64,000 bases of DNA from Piromyces finnis finn (GCA_002104945.1 MCFH01000024.1:496001-560000), one strand, 5' to 3'; shown: positions 34,349 through 47,129, numbered from the stretch's first letter. The notes: generated from the sequence alone by a model not told the origin. Translations and numbers: made by a program.

Positions 34349-37300
34349 TTAAAATTCAAATTCATTTTCAAAAACGCTTAAGTCTGTATTAGCATTGGCT
34401 AATTTTGCAAGATCATGTCTTTCCATTAAAACAAATGTACGTCTATTATATTAAATATTTTAATATTTATTAGAAGATGAAGAATAAGAAAATTTTAAAC
34501 ATAAAATAAAATAAAACAAAAAAAAAAAAATTATAGTAATTACCTTAATGTTTCCCATATACTATCTGAAATATTAACACCTGCATCATCACCTTTTCCA
34601 TCTTTACCATAACGAATAATATGCATACTTAAAGCACCTAAGAAGTGTTCGACAGCTTCTTTATAGCATCCAATATTCATACATGCAATTCCAAGATTAT
34701 ATCTACATCTTACAAATGCTATTTTATTTAAATTTAAAAATTTTATTATTATTATTTTCTTTCTAATATTTAAAATGTGTACTAATATTATTAATATTTT
34801 ATTTTACTTACTTGGCTTAATTTCCAAGGCTTGATAATAAGCATTACTTGCTTCTTCACAACGGTGTGAATTAGCAAGGGTAGCACCGAGTCTATTCCAA
34901 AGTAAGTAATCATTTGGACGAACAGAAAGAGCTGCCTTAAAGCAATCAACAGCTTTATCATAATCAAAGTTATTGAAGAATAAAACACCAAGACCAGATT
35001 GAACATCTGGATCAAATGCTAAAGCTTCTGATTCTGGTGATTTATGAGTTGCCTCTGATGGTCCGAGACGTGCAGCTTCTAAAAATAATGAAATAATATG
35101 ATCATGAGAAATTTGAGTTCTTCTAATATTGTTCTTAACGACTTGTGGGTATTGTATCTTAATCCAACGTTCAAGAGTACTATAAGCTTCTAAATTCATT
35201 GCTTCATTAGTATAACTAATAGCTAAGGACTATTATTAAATTAAAATTTATATATTAGTTGAGATATATTATATTATTTTTTTATTCATGTTAATTTTTA
35301 ATATTATTGGTATTTAATTATACCATTAAAGCTTCTAAATTTTCTGGATTTTCACGAACAGCTCTTTGTAAAGCAGCGATGGCCTTTATTATTATAATAA
35401 TGATTAATATTATTATTAATAATTTTAAAAAAAAAAAAAAAAAAAACTATAACATATATACTCAGGATTCAATTAATTTTATAAACTTACTGGACGTTCT
35501 TTTTCATTTTCTGCTTGTATATTACCAAGACGAAGCCATGCTTCACTATTTTTTGGATCTTTTTGAACAACAGCTTCAAAAGCTAAAGCAGCAGTAGATA
35601 AACTACCACCGGTTTCGAGTAATTTTAACCCTTCTTCATATGCATCTGGGTTATCTAAATATGGATTAATTATTTCAAAGGTATATGGCTCAAGTGGACC
35701 AGTAATTGGATCTGGATCAGCTGTTAATGTTTCATCAACTTCATAATCTTCAAATTCCTTTTCCCATGTTTGAGCTTGAGCATCTTCCCATGCATCATCA
35801 AAATCTTGATTTTCATCAGCATTGAGTTCATCGAATGTTGCATATGCATTTTTTTCAAATTCTTCTTTCCAATTAAGATATTCTTCATCTTTACTCTTAC
35901 CTTTTTCTTCGGTATTCAAAGTTCTTTCAACTTCAGCAAATTGTTGAGTCCATTCATCATCGTTTAATTGATTTGCATGTTGTTCATATATCTTTTCAAA
36001 TTCTTTAATTTCATCATTTTGTAAAACAGGTCCTGCAGCAAGATTTTCTTGGCGTACAAATTCATTTTGCCATTCTAATTCTTTAAATAATTTTTATTTT
36101 ATTTTTATATTTAAAATTTATAAAATTTGATTGTTGTTGTGTTGTTGTTGTTATTATTATTTTTATTAACATTTATTGTATTTAAAAATTATAATATTAT
36201 TGATGATAATTATTAGTATATTAAAAAATATATATATTTAAATTATTAAAGATTAAAATACAAATATTATAATTTTAATATCTTTTGATAAATAAACAAA
36301 TTATGTATAATTATAATTAAAGATAATTATATACCTTGATGTTGTTTTATAGCTTCATTGAATGCATTTTCGAAAGCATTTTCTTCTTCATGAGATAATT
36401 GAGGAGCAGGTAAAAAATTGGTATTATTCATAGCAAATTCGTTTGCCCAATTATTACCTATTTTTATTATTAATAAAAATTTTATATATAAAAAATATTT
36501 TAATTGAAATGAAAAAGATTTCTATAAATAAATGTAATTTCAATCAATATAATTGTTTGTATTGTAAAAAATTATGAATTATTTTCTTCTTTTATTCTCA
36601 TTATTAAAAGTAAAAAGTAAATTGAAAATGATTAATCAATTTTAAATACTGTTTATATATATATGATATTTACTAGCTAATTGTGCATGTGGTGGTGGTG
36701 GAGCATGAATGACATTATTTAATTCATTATTCATTTCATTAAATTTAAAAGAATCCAACATAGCATCATTTTGTTGTTTTTCGAAAAATTCATTAACCAA
36801 CTTTTTTTTGTTTAAATTTAATAATAATGATAAAAAAAAAAGTTATTTTAACATTAGTATAGATACTGCATTGATATTAAATTTTATTAATAAATCTAAT
36901 TCTCTTTTTTAAAAATATGTATATAAATATACTTGTTGATCGGCCATATTTGGTGGTGGTGGTCTTGCAACCATCTTTTATTTAACGATAAAATTTAATT
37001 ATATAATTTAATAAAATTTTGAATTTATATAATTTATATTTAAAAAATATGCTATAATTGTAAATTTCTCTTTACATTATTTAAATCATCTCGAGGTCCT
37101 GGACGTTGAAAACCCTATTACGAAAAATATCAATAAAAATATTTTATAATAAATACATTGTATTAAACAATACTAAAAGAGAAAAAGAAAAAATATATAT
37201 ATTTTTTAAATTTTTTAATTTAAAATCTATTCAATTTCTATTAAAAATACATACTTGAAATTTATTTTTATTTAAATGGTCAACGAATTTCATAGCTGAA

Positions 37301-37350
37301 TTGCCTGAGGAACAGGCACTGCCTGAACCAACAAAATCTTGGAAAGACAT
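34349..37350 (-). CDS. PEX5: Peroxisomal targeting signal 1 receptor Pex5, multi-exon
   Basis: N-terminal [22 protein letters not shown] carries the conserved Cys. WxxxF motifs are NWANEF, EWQNEF, EWTQQF, NWKEEF and TWEKEF. TPR domain: [56 protein letters not shown]. Confidence 0.95.
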
Positions 37351-38499
37351 TTTCTTTAATTTTATATTTTTATAGATAAAACAAAAGCTATAAAAAAAAA
37401 AATAAAAATAAAAAAAATAAAAATATTAAATTTTATTTAAATATACTTTTTAAAATTATTTAATGAAGGTTTTTTGTTTTTTTATTAAAAATTAAAATAA
37501 ATGAATCTAAATTCATTAATCTTTTTATTTTCAATTCTATTTCTTTATTTCAATATTCATTTTATTATTGCTGTTTAAATTCCATTATGTTTTATAATTA
37601 CTTCATTCCATTATTAAATTAACTAAAAGTTGTTATTCTTGAAATTTCTATTTGTTATATTAATAATAAATTTATATTTAAACATCAATTTCATAAAAAG
37701 TACATACTTTTATAACTTATTGTTGTTATAATTGATGATAAATTAAATAATCTTTTAAAAATTATTTAATTAAACAACTAACAATTGAGTTATTCTTAAA
37801 TTTTTAGTTTTATTTGCAGAAAAAATTTTTTTTTTTTTTTTTTTTTTAATTTTTGTAATATTTTAATATAAAAAAAAATTTTTTTTTTTGGTAGTACAGA
37901 GCAAATCAATTATAATTATTTTTTTTGTTTCAAATTTTAAAATTTTAAATAATTCATTATTTCATTTTTTAAATTTTAAAAAATTACCTTTTATTAATAA
38001 TAAAGGGTTCGATTATAATAAACTTCAACGATATTAATATATATAATTTCAAGTAATATTCCAATAATCAGTTAACTAATTACGTTTTAAATAAAACCAA
38101 ATTATGTAATTAAGATTCACATTTATAGCTCCTATAACAAGCATTTCTTAAAAGTCATAAATTAACTTCAAAATAATTTTTATGAATTATTGTCATATAT
38201 TGAATATTTAATATTATAATGTTATTGTTAGAAATAGTAACTATTAACTCTAACATTATATACATTATATACTGTTTTTCAACATAAATACTTTTTACAA
38301 TTTATTTAAATAATAAAGTAACTCTTTAAAAGAAAAAGAATAATTAGAATTTTGAAATTACATAATATATTGAATATATTGTTTTATAGGAAAAACAATA
38401 TAATATAAAAAAAATAATAATAACTAATCCCCTTTTTACATTTTAATCCTCTTTAGGTATTTCTTTAAATATTTGAGATTGGAAAAAAATTTGAAATTA

Positions 38500-39480
38500 T
38501 TATGGATACTAATACGTTTTTTGGATTTGTTCTTAATTCTTCAAATTAAACTGTATCCCATTTTTCTTTTGATATTTCCTGCCACTATAGCTTTTTTTTT
38601 ATAATATATATACATAATATATTGGATTTTTCTACACATGAGTTGAGATTTCATATTTTAATGTTTTGATATCTTTACTTTTTTTAAGGCAGTTTTTTGA
38701 TATTTTTTTCATTTTGAATAATTAAAGTTATAATTATAGCTATCATTATAATAATAATGTTTTAATTTACCAAAAATATATTTATGTTTTTTTTGTACGT
38801 GAAATAATTTATCTCTCTCTTCATCACCTGAATAAGTATTATAATGAGAATATGATTTAGTTTTATTATAGAATAAATCATGAATTGGTAGGGAAATTTT
38901 ATATATATGCTAATTTCCTCTCTATAATAATGCTCTCTTATTTCCTATCATGAAATCAAAGGCAAAGGTATTAAATCTAACATGTTCACTTAGAAAGCTT
39001 TTTCTAATACATAGGTTTATATGATTTTGGACCTTCATTAATACTTGCTCAAAGATGATCCCATCTACTTCATTTTTTCGTATGAGTTAGATTTATTAAT
39101 ATATAAGGTTTTGCCATTTCATCTAGATCGCCATAAATAAAAAGATTACCGTGACGAGCTTGAACACATCTTAACCCTTTTTTCTAGTACAATTCCTCTT
39201 GATAAATGTTCTTTAATGCCTTACCTCTTTCGTTATCTTTATCTACAATGATAGAATGTTTTTACATGATAAAGAAATTAACTTATCTTTATATTTATCA
39301 TACCTATTTGTTTCCAATAACATTCTTATATAATAAAGTGGTTTTGGGTGTTCTAAACACATGTTATTAGATTCCTATATAACAAAGTAATCAATGATGT
39401 CATAATATTCGGAAAGATACAAAATCTAATAAATCAAACTCCGAGTTGAATAAAGTAAAACTAAATCATCTTCTTTTACT
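38500..39480 (-). pseudogene. Decayed glycosyltransferase family 17 (GnT-III/MGAT3-like) gene
   Basis: Frame-broken fragments ILYLSEYYDIIDYFVI*ESNNMFRTPK and RKKGLRCVQARHGNLFIYGDLDEMAKP resemble the GT17 segments (HFVLLESNxTF..PKP; IIxSDVDEIP). There are several stops and frameshifts. Boundaries are approximate. Confidence 0.45.
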
Positions 39481-40340
39481 TGGATCTATATAAAATTCAA
39501 TTATTATAATTTATATTCTATCATTAAATTAGGTTAATTCTACCAAAATTAAATTATTAAAAATATGAGAATGGATAACAAAAATATCAATAATAATGCG
39601 TTATATATCAGATTCTATTGGGAATAAAAAGATAGAAGTAATTATCAATTAAAAAGTCATACACTTAATATGCTATTCATAATATTTTACGAAATCTTTA
39701 CATCTTTATTTTTTTATACAATTTTCTAAGATTATATTTTTTCTTTTTTTACATTCAAAAATTTTTTAATCTTTTAATATTTTATTTTTATTAATAATAT
39801 AAACATCAAATATCATAAAGAAGTTAACTCAATAAAAAAAAAATCGTCTTGATTATCTTTAAGTTATTCTATTATTGAAAGAATATGAATTGAAAAAAAA
39901 AAAAATTTTTATTAAACAAGCTATGAAATAATTTATGTTAAAAATTCTTACAATAACTTTTTTAATTATAAATTATTTTTAATTAATTATAAAAGTCGAA
40001 GTATATACTCTATTTTATAAATAATTATATTTATATTGAATAGTATATATGTATTACTCTTATATATATAAAATGAAAATCAAAAAGGATATACTAATTA
40101 ATATTACATAAAACAGTTATTATAATAACTTTAAATTTTTTCTTTTTTTACCTTTATAACTTAATCATTATTTCTTTCATCTCAACAATTTTACCAAATT
40201 CAATGCTTCATTTAAGTATAATAAATTTATCTGCAGATATTAAATATTTCCCTTTTGTTGAAAGGGGTATAAATTTATTATATTTGTTAATCCTTAATAT
40301 ATAATAATGAACAAATATTAAATATTGAAAATTCCATATT

Positions 40341-41834
40341 TCAATGAGGTGATGGGTTTTTTTCAATATCTTCATCATTAAAATTTAAACGAGTATTGAT
40401 AATAAAATTATCACTATTGTAGTTTGGAACGTTTTCATTACCAAAGTTTTTATCATATATCATTCTATTAACATCTTCGATAGATCTATTTAAATACAAG
40501 TCTATCCTTTCTTGATTTTCTAATTTAATATCATTTGGTTCTTCTAAATCATTATTTTTTGGACTTTTAATATTTCCTAAATTTTTCATATTAACATCAT
40601 CTAAACATGGTTTTCTAGTTAATATTAATAAAATTTGATCGATAAATATCATGTAATATTGTACATTAGCAACTAATTTTCTTATCTCTTCTAGTGAAAA
40701 TTCCAAATAATTATCATGACTTTTATGGTAATAGAAATTTATATAAAATGGAATTGAAAGAATTGGTAAGAAAATAATTGATATTCCAACTGATATGACG
40801 ATTCTAAATTCTGAAATAGTTCTAAATTTATTTAAGAAACTATGGGTATTATATTTAATTTCATTAAGTTTTTTCTTCAAAATCATGAATACAGTAATAT
40901 CGTATATTATTGATGTGTATAAAACCATTAATTGAATTATCCAATAATTATAGTAAAATACATTTAAAAGGTTTTTATCAAATACTCCATGTTTATCATA
41001 TAATTTTGATGGTCCTAGTGAAATATAGTAAATTATCAATACTATTTTTGTAAAGTTAAATAAACCGCAGGTCAAATAAATCAGAAACATTGACTTTTCA
41101 CCTTTTAATAACATTTTCGTACGTAATAATGGATACCAATCAGCAACGATTTCTCCAACATACCAAAATGCTGTTGCTAAGTGCCGGGTTATGAACCATC
41201 TAAGTGGATGCATTTCAAATCTTTCAGCTTCAAAAATACATTCATATCCTACCACATTTCCTTGTATGTCATAGGTTGGTGTATTTGCAAAATAATGTGA
41301 CATTATTGAACCTAATCTATCTAACGCATTACCCAAACTCCTATATTTTTCATAGCAATTTATATATATTTAATAAAACATTAATATTATTTATAGATAA
41401 ATAATTTTAACTATGGTACTAAATTTTTACTATTATTTATTATTTCTTTTATCTTTATATTATTATTATTCTTTAAATTTAACATTAAAAATTTATAAAA
41501 TAAATATATACCTAAAAATATAGTGAACTAATATTATTTTCATAATTGGCTTTTTAAAATTGAATTTATGTAATATAAACACTACCAATGTAAAGTAGAA
41601 AAAACATATTTGAAATGGTCTAGTTAGAGTATATAATATTATTCGTAAATCTTCAATTGAATTATTTAATTTTTCTTCATTACTTATAAATTTCTGATTA
41701 CTCATATATTCTAAATAACAAGTAAAGTTTGTTCCTTTACTAAATAACCATTCTATATTTGATGCTTCCCTTCCATTTTCAATAAAATATTTACGTTGAA
41801 ATTGTAAAGATTTAATTTCATCTGGAGATAACAT
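40341..41834 (-). CDS. Multipass membrane protein of a gut-fungal expanded family (GEIxxDWYPLLRT motif), possibly GPCR-like; 2 exons, intron 41511-41341
   Basis: The splice HYIFR|SLGNALD is in frame. There are ~6-7 hydrophobic segments, the motif WYVGEIVADWYPLLRT and a hydrophilic C-tail. Confidence 0.75.
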
Positions 41835-42126
41835 TTTCTCTAAATTATTTTTATTTTTTAATTTAATGTTTATTTATTCTATATCATATTTTACAAAATA
41901 ATGATTCTTTTTTTAAAATATATATATAACTGTAATCTTTGTTTATTTAGTATTTGAAAATAATGAGAAATTTATTATTTAAATTTTATAGTGAATTTAA
42001 AATATATAAAAGTGTTTCATATCCAATGATAGATATTATCTTTACTATTTTGTAGAAAATATATGTAAATTTTCATATTTTTTTTTAAAGAAAAAAAGAA
42101 AAAAAAAGAAATATATATTTATGGAT

Positions 42127-42158
<32 letters not shown>

Positions 42159-43410
42159 TTTTTGCTTTGTTATTAACCTTTTTTTTTTTCTCTATCCTCA
42201 ACTTAATTTAAAATTGTGAAAAGTTTTTTGATGATACTATTTATAAATGATAATATTAAGTTAAAAAAAAAGTTTCATTCTATTTTAAACCAATAGAATC
42301 ATTTTAAGGATATTAAGAAATCTTATTTAATAATTTTATTTAATATTCTAAAAATTAAAGAAATAAACATGTTTTAGATATTTATTAATTTTTAATTAAA
42401 AATATATTAAAAAAGATGAATTTTATTATTAAATATGATTTCTTTTTTTCTATTTAATATAAAAAGGAAAAATCTAAAACTCTTAAAAATATTTGAATAT
42501 TTAAATATCAATATATTATTATTTAAAAAAAGAATACATAAAAAAAAATAATTAATTACTAGTTAAATCTATTATAAATTATACTTTATATGAGGTCTAT
42601 ATTATTGTTTTTCATAAAAAAAGTAAATATAGATTATAATCATTAATATTATTAATATTATAAAAATTGAATAATATTCAATTATATAATAAAATTAGAT
42701 ATGTAGAGTATATATAAAAAAATAATAAATAAAATATTTAACAACACAAGATACTAATTCCATTTATGGTATTTGTGGGATATTTTTAACCTTTTATATT
42801 TTTTAATATGTCCTCCATATTAATTTTCCATTTTAATGTTTTCTAAAATCTGTTAAAAATTTATATTATTATTATCATTTTAATTATGACTGATAATTTT
42901 ATTGTTTTAATATTTATTGTTATATATAATATTTTTATGATTTTAAATAATTATATGTTGGAAAAAGCCTTTTAATGTATAATTTATAATATAAAGTATT
43001 GATTATTAAGGAAAATTTAGAATTACTTTATATTTATTGTTAAAAGTATAGAAATAAAGGATAAAATAAAAATAACTATTTATATAATTTATTGTTGGAT
43101 TTTATTATAAATTTCATTCATTAGTAAAATGTATTTAATATAATGTAATGTATTGATAATGTATGTATTAGAGCATAAGCCATAAATTTTAGTATAAATA
43201 CAAACTTGTAATTGTTAATTAAAATCTTTGTAATAAAATATTAATAAATTACCATAATAAAGTAAATATTAAAAACCTAAAATTCTAACATTTATAAACA
43301 CTAAGAGATTTAATTTATTAAACTTTAATTAAACTTTAAATATATAAAAGTATATAATTAGGAAATAAAAAAAAGAATAAAATACCATTTTTCAAACATT
43401 AAAGAAAAAA

Positions 43411-44229
43411 ATGGTTGATACAAAAAAAATTGTTGAAAATATTAAACGTATTTCTAAAACATGTGCTTATAAAATAAAACTTGAAACAGAAGCTCCTACT
43501 ATATTTGACAGTAAATTTGGGGGTCTTCCATATTGGACTGAAGGTAAAGAATATCCAAAAAACTCAAAAGGTAATAATTTATTTTTGTTAGCTCAAATTA
43601 ATTTTGATAAATACAAATTTGATTCACCATTACCTAGTAGCGGAATGTTACAATTCTTTGTTGATTGTAATGATTTGATGGGATTAGATTTTGATGATCA
43701 ATTAAAACAAGATGGTTTTAGAGTAATATATCATGATAAAATCGACTATGAAATTAAAAATGAATCAATTTACGAATTTGGTGTTCCAAAAAACATTCCT
43801 GAAGAATATGAATATTTTCCAATTGAAAAAGAAATGAAAATATCTTTTAATAAAGAAATGGATACCATTCATATAGGTGATAAAGCATTTGATAAATATT
43901 TTACAACTGCATATAATATGAATAATGAAAAATGTATAACAATTAAAGATAATTATTATAAAGTTTTAAGTGATGAAGAATATGATAAATTTGAAGAAGC
44001 ATTTAATTCAGATAGTGCTGGACATAAAATTTTAGGTTATCCATCCTTTACCCAATCAGATCCAAGGGGTATGGAAAAATATTCGGATTATAATATTTTA
44101 TTACTTCAAATAGATTCTGAGGAGAATATTTCATGGGGAGATGCAGGTGTTTGTAATTTCTTCATTAAAGAAAAGGACTTGCTAGAAAAAGATTTCAGCA
44201 AGGTTTTATATAATTGGGATTGTTTCTAA
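43411..44229 (+). CDS. YwqG/DUF1963 family protein, intronless, bacterial-type
   Basis: SKFGGLPYW, LFLLAQINF, LPSSGMLQFF, HKILGYPSFTQSDPR and LLLQIDS...WGDAGVCNFFIK..DL...DFSKVLYNWDC are the DUF1963 motif series. Confidence 0.9.
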   Translation: MVDTKKIVENIKRISKTCAYKIKLETEAPTIFDSKFGGLPYWTEGKEYPKNSKGNNLFLLAQINFDKYKFDSPLPSSGMLQFFVDCNDLMGLDFDDQLKQDGFRVIYHDKIDYEIKNESIYEFGVPKNIPEEYEYFPIEKEMKISFNKEMDTIHIGDKAFDKYFTTAYNMNNEKCITIKDNYYKVLSDEEYDKFEEAFNSDSAGHKILGYPSFTQSDPRGMEKYSDYNILLLQIDSEENISWGDAGVCNFFIKEKDLLEKDFSKVLYNWDCF

Positions 44230-45199
44230 ACATTTTAATAATAATATAGTAATATATTAATTTATTAATTAATTTATTAGTTAATTAATATTCTTTAATT
44301 AGATATAAATAAAAAAATTTAGTTTTTATTAATATTACTCTATTTTTCATTTTATTAATTAATAGAATAGTATGGTTGATAGGGTAGAACATTCATTATT
44401 GTATCTATGAAAATTTCAAACTTTACTTATTTAGCTAGTTAATAACTTAGCATTATCAATACATCAATATTTAATGTTTATAATAAAAAATATTATTTAA
44501 TATTAATTTATCTCAATTAATAAATATATTTTATTTTATAAATATATCTATTGCTGTTCGTTTGTTGAAAAACTTAATTGTTAAAATTATATAATATTAC
44601 TTATAGTGTTACTCTTAATATTGGTTAACTTATTATTAAAGTAAATAATAACTAATAGATATATTTTTAAAGTAGATAACAATCCATGTAATATGTCTCG
44701 ATAAGGAACATTTTTAACACAGAAAACAATTTTAAACCCTATTTGAAAACTATATCTTTTCTTTGTCCATTAGTAAATATTATAAATAATATTTCATTAT
44801 CTGTAATTTCAACAATAAAATAAAAAAATAATAATACTATTAAAGTGTAATAATAAATTGGGAAAACTTTTTAATGCTAATAAAGAATTTTAAATAATTG
44901 ATAGTTTTATTATTTATAGCGTTAACAGTTTTAATTTCCTTTTTTTTTTTTTAGTAAAGTTTCTAAATAAATAATTTCTAATTATTATTTATATTAAAAT
45001 TATTCAATCCAAATTTCAGTGTTACTCTAAACGTATACTACTACAATATCAAATATTAATATTATATTAAAAAAAGATAAAAAAAAAACTCAATATTTAT
45101 AATAAATTTTAATATGGAATAAAAATACTTTTATCAATTTATTTAATTTATAATAAAAATTATAAAATAGCTGTTGAAAATAAAATTGATATGGCAGTA

Positions 45200-45746
45200 T
45201 CAACAGTAACATTCTTAACATTAATAGTGGTAATAATATCATTTCATTTTTAGTAACATTTCACCTATTTTATCATTTTTATACAATCATATTCTAGATA
45301 TATTATTCTGTTTTCGACATAATTTTCAATGCTTTGAATACCCCTGGGCAGCTTTTATTTTTTCAATTATTAGAAAAAATAGTAGTGCAAAAAAAGCTGT
45401 TGTTTCTGAAAATGGAAACATATCACATTAATGTTCAGATGAAATTAATCAATATTCTACTACCTATATATATAATTCTATAGTATTTAAATTGTGATTT
45501 TGAATCTTACTTATATATGTAATTGATTGATATGAGATAGGGAAACATTTAATATTTATAATTTTTTTTTATATAAGCCTTTATAGAAGAATCTTTGTTT
45601 TCAATAATTATTTTTTTAATTTTATCACAAATTGATTCTAATTCTATATTTTTATTTGAAACTACAACAATCCTTTTTTCTGTTCTTGCATTAGTAAAAC
45701 CCAATATAAGGATTATAATAAAACAGAAAAAAGAAATAGCTTTCAT
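45200..45746 (-). pseudogene. Decayed secreted-protein gene, possibly a subtilisin (S8) prodomain fragment; paralogue of 48378-49160
   Basis: Signal peptide MKAISFFCFIIILILGFTNA, then ICDKIKKIIIENKD. After breaks: CDMFPFSETTAFFALLFFLIIEKIKAAQG, then a T/N-rich stretch. Stops and frameshifts are present. The S8 identity is inference. Confidence 0.4.
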
Positions 45747-45883
45747 TGTTATTATTTATTTATTTATATTTATTTATATTTATCCCTTTGTTATTTTTTT
45801 TTTTTTTTTATTTCAATTTAACAAAAATATTTTCAAGAATTAAATAATTCATATATTAATTTTTAAAAATATCTAAGTCCCTA

Positions 45884-46659
45884 TTTTTTTTTTTTTTTTT
45901 TTTTTAACTTCCAAGTGCATTTCTCCCATCGATCAGAGTTAGCTCCAATGGTGGTTCTTAGAGAAACGTTGGCTCATTCCTATTGCTAGGTGGTTGTGAC
46001 CCTCCTGGTCTGTCATACTGTTTCTTCAGCTTCGACGCTCACTTAATCCATGTACATTAGATGCATGTCGTTGTACGATATTTCACAACTACAATGCTAA
46101 GCCTTTTATAGTCAATTTGATCACGTGTCAACCGCCCCCTAATGTTTACACTTAAATTGATTAAGGAATATTATGTGTTTTTGGCATAGCCTAAGTCACC
46201 ACTTATTAAGTTCTAATTTGGAATGTACCATGTACACTAGACCCTCTCAGGCCGGCTAGACGAGTGTTATTATCATAGTAGTAAATTAGAAAGTTCATTT
46301 ATACTTACCTGAATATCATAACCCAACCCATGGCAAACCCATTGGGAAAATCCACAGGCACTGACATCTGCGGGGTCGAACCAGAAGCCTTATGTATGCT
46401 AAGGAAACGCCTTAACAACCAGGATAAAAACTGGAACGACTGGCAAACCCAGTGGGAAAATCCACAGGCACTGACATCTGCGGGGTCGAACCAGAAGCCT
46501 TATGTATGCTAAGGAAACGCCTTAACAACCAGGATAAAAACTGGAACGACTGGCAAACCCAGTGGGAAAATCCACAGGCACTGACATCTGCGGGGTCGAA
46601 CCAGAAGCCTTATGTATGCTAAGGAAACGCCTTTACAACCAGGATAAAAACTGGAACGA
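45884..46659 (-). mobile_element. Non-autonomous SINE-like retroelement: 3x110-bp tRNA-like monomers, splice-donor motif, LINE-derived 3' segment, poly(A)
   Basis: T22 run at 45884-45905 (poly(A) on the minus strand). 46000-46040 matches 54612-54652 of the LINE at 37/41 nt. The monomers contain GGTTCGACCCC (B-box-like) on the minus strand. No TSD was found. Confidence 0.55.
46331..46659 (-). repeat. Tandem repeat, 110 bp x3, ~99% identical, GC-rich for this genome
   Basis: tggcaaaccc recurs at 46331, 46441 and 46551. Only single substitutions separate the copies. Confidence 0.95.
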
Positions 46660-47059
46660 AAAAAAATTTGATAAATAATGAAATTAATAAATATAAAATT
46701 ATTATTATACCTGATTTTTAAGTTAACCCTAAAAGTAACTTAAAACAAGTTATAGTTTAATTAAGTACTTTACCAAAATTCTTAAATAAAATTAATCCTA
46801 AACACTGCATATGTTTTGATTATTGAAAGAAAATAATAAACTTTAATTAATCGAGATCAAAATATATAACTTTTGTTAAATTAATTGTTAAATTAAATGT
46901 TTAATAACTTCGTTAGTAAATTACACTTTAAAAGTAAACAAATATAATAATTCATGTTATTATTACTTTAATTAATTGTAAAATAAACAACTTTTTATAT
47001 TCTTTAACTTTTAATTATTTCTTTTATTGTTATTTCTAATTACTTTTATTACTTTTATT

Positions 47060-47129
47060 GTAAATAGTTATTAATTTTATTGTTTTAATGTAAATAGTTA
47101 TTAATTTTATTGTTTTAATGTAAATAGTT
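47060..47129. repeat. 30-bp tandem duplication (~2.3 copies)
   Basis: gtaaatagttattaattttattgttttaat is repeated in tandem. Confidence 0.8.

Noticed and set aside
46301-46311. U1 snRNA gene (ATACTTACCTG equals the U1 5' end)
   Set aside because: Only 11 nt match, and I see no U1 stem-loops or Sm site downstream. It is better read as a consensus splice donor on the opposite strand.
46331-46350. LTR-retrotransposon primer-binding site (TGG...)
   Set aside because: There are no flanking LTRs or gag/pol, and the B-box is ~45-50 nt from the CCA, too far for a real tRNA 3' end.
46330-46512. 60-aa ORF MANPLGKSTG...
   Set aside because: It is a by-product of the GC-rich 110-bp tandem repeat; the unit length is not a multiple of 3.
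46331-46659. CRISPR-like array
   Set aside because: The units are identical along their whole length, with no unique spacers. There are no cas genes and the context is eukaryotic.
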